52,655 nucleotides of DNA from Nemertoderma westbladi (Eukaryota > Animalia > Xenacoelomorpha). The stretch lies in the NCBI GenBank assembly GCA_032718475.1, contig JAUCBJ010007731.1, positions 1 to 52,655 on the forward strand. Reading direction: 5' to 3'. Numbering within the stretch: position 1 is the stretch's first letter; each line of letters begins with the position of its first letter. Both the position numbers and the translations under genes were made by a program. This document shows positions 45,296 through 52,655 of this stretch, one piece after another. The notes under the pieces are model-generated. The model saw only the letters and a program-made list of their open reading frames with translations. It had not been told where the DNA came from and made no database searches.

Positions 45296-48200
45296 CCAAA
45301 ATCCACGCACTCATGCACAAAAATCCATGAAGTCCTTCACAAAAATCCATGCACTCGTACACAAAAATCCATGCAGTCATGCACAAAATTCCATTAAGTC
45401 CTGCGCAAAAATCCACGCAGTCATGTATAAAAAACGGTGAACTCCTGCACAAAAATCAATGCCCTCATTCACAAAAATCCACGCAGTCATGCACAAAAAT
45501 CGGTGAACTCTTGTACAAAAATCAAAGCACTCATGCACAAAAATCAATGCTGTCATGCACAAAAATTCATGAAGTCCTGCACAAAAATCCACCAAGTCAT
45601 GCACAAAAATCTACACAGTCGTGCACAAAAATCAATGAAGACCTGTACAAAAATCCACGCATTCATGCACAAAAATCCACGCAGTCATGCACAAAAATCG
45701 GTGAACTCCTGCACAAAAATCAAAGCACTCATGCACAAAAATCCACACATTCATGCACAAAAATCCACGCAGTCATGCATAAAAAACGGTGAACTCCTGC
45801 ACAAAAATCAATGCACCCATTCACAAAAATCCACGCAGTCATGCACAAAATTCGGTGAACTCTTGCACAAAAATCAAAGCACTCATGCACAAAAATCAAT
45901 GCAGTCTTGCACAAAAATTCATGAAGTCCTGCACAAAAATCCACGCAGTCATGTATAAAAAACGGTGAACTCCTGCACAAAAATCAATGCCCTCATTCAC
46001 AAAAATCCACGCAGTCATGCACAAAAATCGGTGAACTCTTGTACAAAAATCAAAGCACTCATGCACAATAATCAATGCTGTCATGCACAAATATTCATGA
46101 AGTCCTGCACAAAAATCCACCAAGTCATGCACAAAAATCCACACAGTCGTGCACAAAAATCAATGAAGACCTGTACAAAAATCCACGCATTCATGCACAA
46201 AAATCCACGCTGTCATGCACAAAAATCGGTGAACTCCTGCACAAAAATCAAAGCACTCATGCACAAAAATCCACACATTCATGCACAAAAATCCACGCAG
46301 TCATGCATAAAAAACGGTGAACTCCTGCACAAAAATCAATGCACCCATTCACAAAAATCCACGCAGTCATGCACAAAATTCGGTGAACTCTTGCACAAAA
46401 ATCAAAGCACTCATGCACAAAAATCAATGCAGTCATGCACAAAAATTCATGAAGTCCTGCACAAAAATCCACCAAGTCATGCACAAAATTCCACACTATC
46501 ATGCACAAAAATCAATGAAGACCTGTACAAAAATCCACGCTTTCATGCACAAAAATCCACGCAGTCATACACAATAATCGGTGAACTCCTGCACAAAAAT
46601 CAAAGCACTCATGCACAAAAATCCACGCATTCATGCACAAAAATCCACGCAGTCATGCATAAAAAACGGTGAACTCCTGCACAAAAATCAATGCAGTCAT
46701 TCACAAAAATCCACAGTCATGCACAAAAATCGGTGAACTCTTGCACAAAATTCAAAGCACTCATGCACAAAAATCCATGAAGTCCTGCACAAAAATCCAC
46801 CAAGTCATGCACAAAAATCCACACAGTCGTGCACAAAAATCAATGAAGACCTGTACAAAAATCCACGCATTCATGCACAAAAATCCACGCAGTCATGCAC
46901 AAAAATCGGTGAACTCCTGCACAAAAATCAAAGCACTCATGCACAAAAATCCACACATTCATGCACAAAAATCCACGCAGTCATGCATAAAAAACGGTGA
47001 ACTCCTGCACAAAAATCAATGCACCCATTCACAAAAATCCACGCAGTCATGCACAAAATTCGGTGAACTCTTGCACAAAAATCAAAGCACTCATGCACAA
47101 AAATCAATGCAGTCATGCACAAAAATTCATGAAGTCCTGCACAAAAATCCACCAAGTCATGCACAAAAATCCACATTATCATGCACAAAAATCAATGAAG
47201 ACCTGTACAAAAATCCACGCTTTCATGCACAAAACTCCACGCAGTCATACACACTAATCGGTGAACTCCTGCACAAATATCAAAGCACTCATGCACAAAA
47301 ATCCACGCATTCATGCACAAAAATCCACGCAGTCATGCACAAAAATCCACGCAGTCATGCATAAAAAACGGTGAACTCCTGCACAAAAATCAATGCACTC
47401 ATTCACAAAAATCCACGCAGTCATGCACAAAAATCGGTGAACTCTTGCACAAAAATCAAAGCACTCATGCACAAAAATCAATGCAGTCATGCACAAAAAT
47501 TCATGAAGTCCTGCACAAAGACCTGCCAAGTCATGCACAAAAATCCACACTATCACGCACAAAAATCAATGAAGACCTGTACAAAAATCCACGCGTTCAT
47601 GCACAAAAATCCACGTAGTCATTCACAAAAATCGGTGAACTCTTGCACAAAAATCACAGCACTCATGCACAAAAATCACTGCAGTCATGCACAAAAATTC
47701 ATGAAGTCCTGCACAAAAATCCACCAAGTCATGCACATAAATCCACACAGTCATGCACAAAAATCAATGCCCTCGTGCACAAAAATCCACGTATAGTCAT
47801 TAGTCATTCACAAAAATCGGTGAACTCTTGCACAAAAATCAAAGCACTCATGCACAAAAATCACTGCAGTCATGCACAAAAATTCATGAAGTCCTGCACA
47901 AAAATCCACCAAGTCATGCACAAAAATCCACACAGTCATGCACAAAAATCAATGAAGACCTGTACAACAATCCACGCATTCATGCACAAAAATCCACGCA
48001 GTCATGCATAAAAAATGGTGAACTCCTGCACAAAAATCAATGCACTCATTCACAAAAATCCACACAGTCATGCACAAAAATCAATGAAGACCTGTACAAA
48101 TATCCACGCATTCATGCACAAAATTCAATGCACTCATGCACAAAAATCCATGAAGTACTGCACAAAAATCCACGCAGTCATGCACAAAAATCCACACAGT

Positions 48201-49370
48201 CATGCACAAAAATCAATGAAGACCTGTACAAATATCCACGCTTTCATGCACAAAATTCAATGCACTCATGCACAAAAATCCATGAAGACCTGTACAAAAA
48301 TCCACGCAGTCATGCACAAAAATCCACGCAGTCATGCATAAAAATCGGTGAACTCCTGCACAAAATTCAATGCACTCATGCACAAAGCACTCATGCACAA
48401 AAATCCACGCAGTCATGCACAAAAATCCACACACTCATGCACAAAAATCAATGCACTCATCCACAAAAATCCATGAAGTCATGCACAAAAATCCACGCAC
48501 TTATGCACAAAAATCAATGCACTCATGCACAAAAATCCATGAAGTCATGCATAAAAATCCACGCAATCATGCACAAAAATCCACGCAGTCATGCAGAAAT
48601 ATCCACACAGTCATGCACAAAAATACATGAAGTCCTGCACAAAAATCCACGCAGTCATGCACAAAAATCAATGCACTCATGCTCAAAAATCCATGAAGTC
48701 ATGCACAAAAATCCACGCAATCATGCACAAAAATCCACGCAGTCATGCAGAAATATCCACACATTCATGCACAAAAATCCACGCAGTCATGCATAAAAAA
48801 CGGTGAACTCCTGCACAAAAATCAATGCACTCATTCACAAAAATCCACGCAGTCATGCACAAAAATCGGTGAACTCTTGCACAAAAATCAAAGCACTCAT
48901 GCACAAAAATCAATGCACTCATCCACAAAAATCCATGAAGTCCTGCACAAAAATTCACGCAGTCATGCACAAAAATCAATGCACTCATGCACAAAAATCC
49001 ATGATGTCCTGCACAAAAATTCACGCAATCATGCACAAAAATCCACGCAGTCATGCAGAAATATCCACACAGTCATGCACAAAAATACATGAAGTCCTGC
49101 ACAAAAAACCACGCAGTCATGCACAAAAATCAATGCACTCATGCACAAAAATCCATGAAGTCATGCACAAAAATCCACGCAATCATGCACAAAAATCCAC
49201 GCAATCATGCAGAAATATCCACACAGTCATGCACAAAATACATGAAGTCCTGCACAAAAATCCACGCAGTCATGCACAGAAATCAATGCACTCATGCACA
49301 AAAATCCACGCAATCATGCACAAAAATCCATGAAGTGATGCACAAAAATCCATGCAGTCATGCACAAAAT
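45296..49370. repeat. 22-bp-monomer satellite with higher-order structure
   Basis: Monomer cacaaaaatccacgcagtcatg and variants. A 528-bp (24x22) block repeats at 45423/45951. Confidence 0.95.
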
Positions 49371-49592
49371 CGAGTTATGTTGGTTGGTGTTATAAGCCAC
49401 GATTCTAATTAAACCAATTTAATCTCACAAATTATATTATATTTAATTTATATTTAATTTATATTTAAACGTCAAGCTACTAATAGTAAAAAACCGTACC
49501 GGTAGGTATGTACAACAAGTAAATAAAAATCGACTGGAGACCCAGACATGCATGTAATAGTGATCAGCTGACTGCAGACAGCTGATCGGTAG

Positions 49593-49623
49593 GTTTCGCC
49601 CCAATACAGCGGGCTTTCTCAGG
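49593..49623 (-). ncRNA. Degenerate hammerhead-like core in the 3' region of the Penelope-like element
   Basis: Minus strand CTGAGAA-a-gccc...gggc-GAAA-cc. The 3/8 core positions are mismatched and stem I was not found. Confidence 0.35.
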
Positions 49624-49707
49624 ATGCTCAAGCTAGCAGGACGACAGTAGAGTGAAGTTCCCAAAGGAGGAGAACAGGCAAAGTGTGATGGGGCTGATAC
49701 ATACTAA

Positions 49708-50764
49708 CTAACCACTGGGAAGCAGCACCACAAACTTACGCCAATCACGTTTCTGCTTGTTGATAACTGGCTGGCGCGTGCGAATATAGTACATTTCAAG
49801 CTTTTGCAGAACAGGCCGCAGTGGGTGCCTAGCAATAACTTTGAAATGTTTAAAAAGCTCGCGCCAGTCAGTCAGCCAACGTGTATTGGGCTCGCCGCGG
49901 TGCGTCATGATGTGGTTGTGCACAGTCTTGCCCTGCTCACTCCCGTTATTGGCTGTACCGTCCTGGTGTTGTCTAACGCGTTCAAACAGGTGTTGGATAG
50001 TGTGTCCAACATATTCCCCCTTACAAGAGGGACAGGAGAAAGAATAAACGACGTTAGAAACAAGGATATCAGGGACAGGATGTTTTAATGATGGGAGCGA
50101 CTGGCGCAGTTTGGAGGTTGTAAAAACAAACCGAACTGGCCGTGTGCAAGACGTGGGTATGAGACCACGCAACCTTCGAACAAAGAGGTCGGTTGCCCGG
50201 CCACGGTACTCAAACTTACAGATAATCGGCCTGGAACTGTCAGCCGGCACGTTGCCATCAAGGTCAATGACCTCACAGGGAACCACCGCTGGCACTTCGG
50301 TCCCTGTGTCACTGCCTGTGCGCCCCCTAGCGGCTTGTACCACTGTAAGCTCATGTAGGACCATCGCATCCGTATATTGGTTATTGTGAAGAATAGACTT
50401 CGCTTCCCCAATAGCAGTATTGAGTTGGGAACCATCCCCCACCCTTACTGACGTTAAATATACGATGGAACATACCACGAACCACACCGCGTTTGTATGA
50501 CTCAGGGGCGCACGCAGTAGCATTCAGGACGAGCCCAGTGTCTGTAGGCTTGCGGTACCACGCAGTTGAAAGTGCGTGACTCGTACGTGTCACAACCATA
50601 TCGAGAAAGGACAAGCGACCCTGTTCCTCCAACTCAAGGGTAAACTTGATATTCGGATTGAGGTCGTCGACCTTCCCTCAACTTTCTCAGTGGGGTCGTT
50701 ACTTCCAACACTGACTGACTGAACAAGTCATCGACGTACCTCGTACTGAGCTTGGTCCCCACAA
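49708..50764 (-). mobile_element. Penelope-like element fragment: RT C-terminus/thumb + GIY-YIG endonuclease, frameshifted
   Basis: RYVDDLF; LSFLDMVV...WYRKPTDTG; NVVYSFSCPSCKGEYVGHT...ERVRQH...LEMYYIR...IN. Confidence 0.88.
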
Positions 50765-50928
50765 TGATCTGCTCGTCGAACTCCCTTAGTGGGGGGACGT
50801 TAGGGACTAACGTCCCACTAAGGGAGGCGGTGCAGCTCTCTGCTGATCTACTGTATGAGCAACATCCTGACACCCAGCCAATCAGCAAGGACCAATGCTT
50901 ACTGCGTACCTATTATGTACTATAATCA
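50765..50928 (-). repeat. Candidate short 3' LTR of BEL copy C
   Basis: On the minus strand it follows the purine tract AAAATAAAGAGAAAG, starts TGAT and ends ATCA, where Penelope RT sequence resumes. The partner LTR is not in the window. Confidence 0.35.
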
Positions 50929-51042
50929 CTTTCTCTTTATTTTTTTTATATTTTTTTTTTATGTGTGGGAAGGGCGTCTCGCCCTCAATCCCACCCCCTC
51001 AGTCCAAAACTTTGGACCACTAAACCCCACACTTACTCTACC

Positions 51043-52655
51043 CTAAGGTGTTCCTTCTAGTAGACAGCACTTCCCTACAGCCATCCTGTTGGTCTTTCTG
51101 TCTTTCGCACCTATCTTGCCACCTATCCGCACTTCTACCGATCGGATTCTTCCGTCCTCATCGGAGTAAGTGCTCACAACTCTCGCCAACCGCCACTGGT
51201 TGTTGATGATGGTATCATCCGTGACGATCACGAGATCACCCTCCCTTAGCTCTCTGTTCTGTTTCCTCCACTTACTTCTTTTGTGGAGCGTGGATAGGTA
51301 TTCCTCAACCCACCTCCTCCAATACTCTGCACTTATCGCCTTACTGACTTTCCAACTCTGGTGGGAGTGTATGTCATCTGGGTCTGCACCCCGCATATCA
51401 ATGGTCGCTGGTTTTCCATTAGAAAATGGCTGGGCGTCAGCACGTCCAGTGATTCAGGGTCATCATTCTTTGGGTATAGCGGTCTGTTATTAATGAAACC
51501 CTCGCACTTCGCAAGTACAGTTCTTAGCACGTCCTCCGTAACCATATGGGTGTTTATCAATTTTGTCATCAGACGCTTCGAACTACCCACGAGTCTCTCG
51601 ACGCATCCTAGGGTATGTGGTGCATACGGCGTCCTCTTCTCCCACTTTACTTGTCGTCGCCTCATGGCTGCCCTAACTTCCTCTCCTTCCAGGATATCCA
51701 AGGCCTCTGCCATCTCGTTCTTTGCCCCCACAAAGTTGGTTCCGTTGTCGGAGTATATCACTGCAATCGTCCCACCTTTGCGGTCTCTAAACCTTTCTAA
51801 GGCATTAATGAATGCTGATGCGGTTGCATCCTGGGCGAGTTCTATCCCTACCGCCCGCGTGTTATTACATACGAAGATAATACCGTAGCGTTTCTCCGTG
51901 TGCCGCATCACCTTGATCTTTATCGGCCCGAACATGTCCACACCGCAATGTGTAAATGGCGGGTCGTGCTGTCTTACCCTACTTGCCGGTAGTGGTGCCA
52001 TCTCCTGTATGGCTCGCTCCTTCTTCGCTTGTCGGCAGGTCTGGCACTGCCCCACTACCGCCTTTACCTTCTTCCTCAACTGTTTGACCCAAAAGGTCCT
52101 CCTTGTCTCCGTGAGGGTTCAGTTGGTGCCCCCGTGCAATATCGACTTGTGGGAGTCCCAGATAATCTGGTGGACTATCGGCGATCCTGTGGGGATGATG
52201 ATGGGCTTCGGTGGTACAACGATACTGTTGTTATATCCCACCCTAGAGTTCATTACTAGAATCCCGTCGTCATTAAGTTGTTGTGACAGCGTGGTCAGCT
52301 TGCTGTCCCATCGGAGATGCTGTTGTTTACCAACGCATTCCACCTTGTTGCCGTAGTTCTTCCTATGCTCGTAGCGGATAACTGCTTTGGCCGCTTCTTC
52401 CAGATCTATCGTTGTTCTAGTCTTCATGTCTTTGCCAACTCTCATGAGGAAATTCCCGAAGGCTCTCCAGTACGCCACTAATTTCTTGGTCTTGTACCAA
52501 CTAGAACTGTAGCTAAGGAGTTTATCTGTCGGGTTATCGCACAGTTCTCCTGGTTTCGGTTGCACGTCCCTAATCTCCCTTACCATCTGGGAGTATATCT
52601 CTTCTCCCTCTGAATCTCCCTCTTCTCCTTCTGACACTACTTCTCCTGAACCCGG
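51043..52655 (-). mobile_element. pol: 3' part of a third, unrelated BEL/Pao element (degraded integrase)
   Basis: HKSILHGG*...CQTC, GVDMFGP, YSDNGTNFVGA, VERLV, LHKRSKW...DGRIRSV. One in-frame stop (52119) and a frameshift near 51400. Confidence 0.92.

Noticed and set aside
45222-49412. Many His/Lys/Cys-rich ORFs (HAQKSTQSCTKI...)
   Set aside because: Translation artefacts of the 22-bp satellite, appearing in all frames and on both strands.

Overview
Eukaryotic (metazoan-like), transposon-rich DNA. The main object is a full-length 26.25-kb BEL/Pao LTR retrotransposon (6293-32542). It has two 1278-bp LTRs that are about 99.5% identical and a 5-bp TSD (AAGTT). In the env position it carries an unusual ~4.2-kb accessory coding module: an orphan 672-aa protein, then a DEDDy (WRN/EXD/Mut-7/RNase D-like) 3'-5' exonuclease domain, then tandem CCHC zinc fingers. 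A structured RNA leader with pairing-preserving substitutions precedes this module. A full-length antisense LINE (9822-17420, 9-bp TSD) interrupts gag; its ORF1 region encodes a SAP-like motif and a Ulp1/SENP-type SUMO-protease domain. An internally deleted sister copy of the same BEL family occupies 1-5472. About 630 bp downstream of the 3' LTR a host ABCC1/MRP-like transporter gene begins; five coding exons can be reconstructed. Its introns hold 30-, 28- and 22-bp tandem arrays, a tRNA-SINE, a Penelope-like GIY-YIG fragment and the 3' end of a third, unrelated BEL element. All domain calls are from motif recognition by eye; no searches were run.
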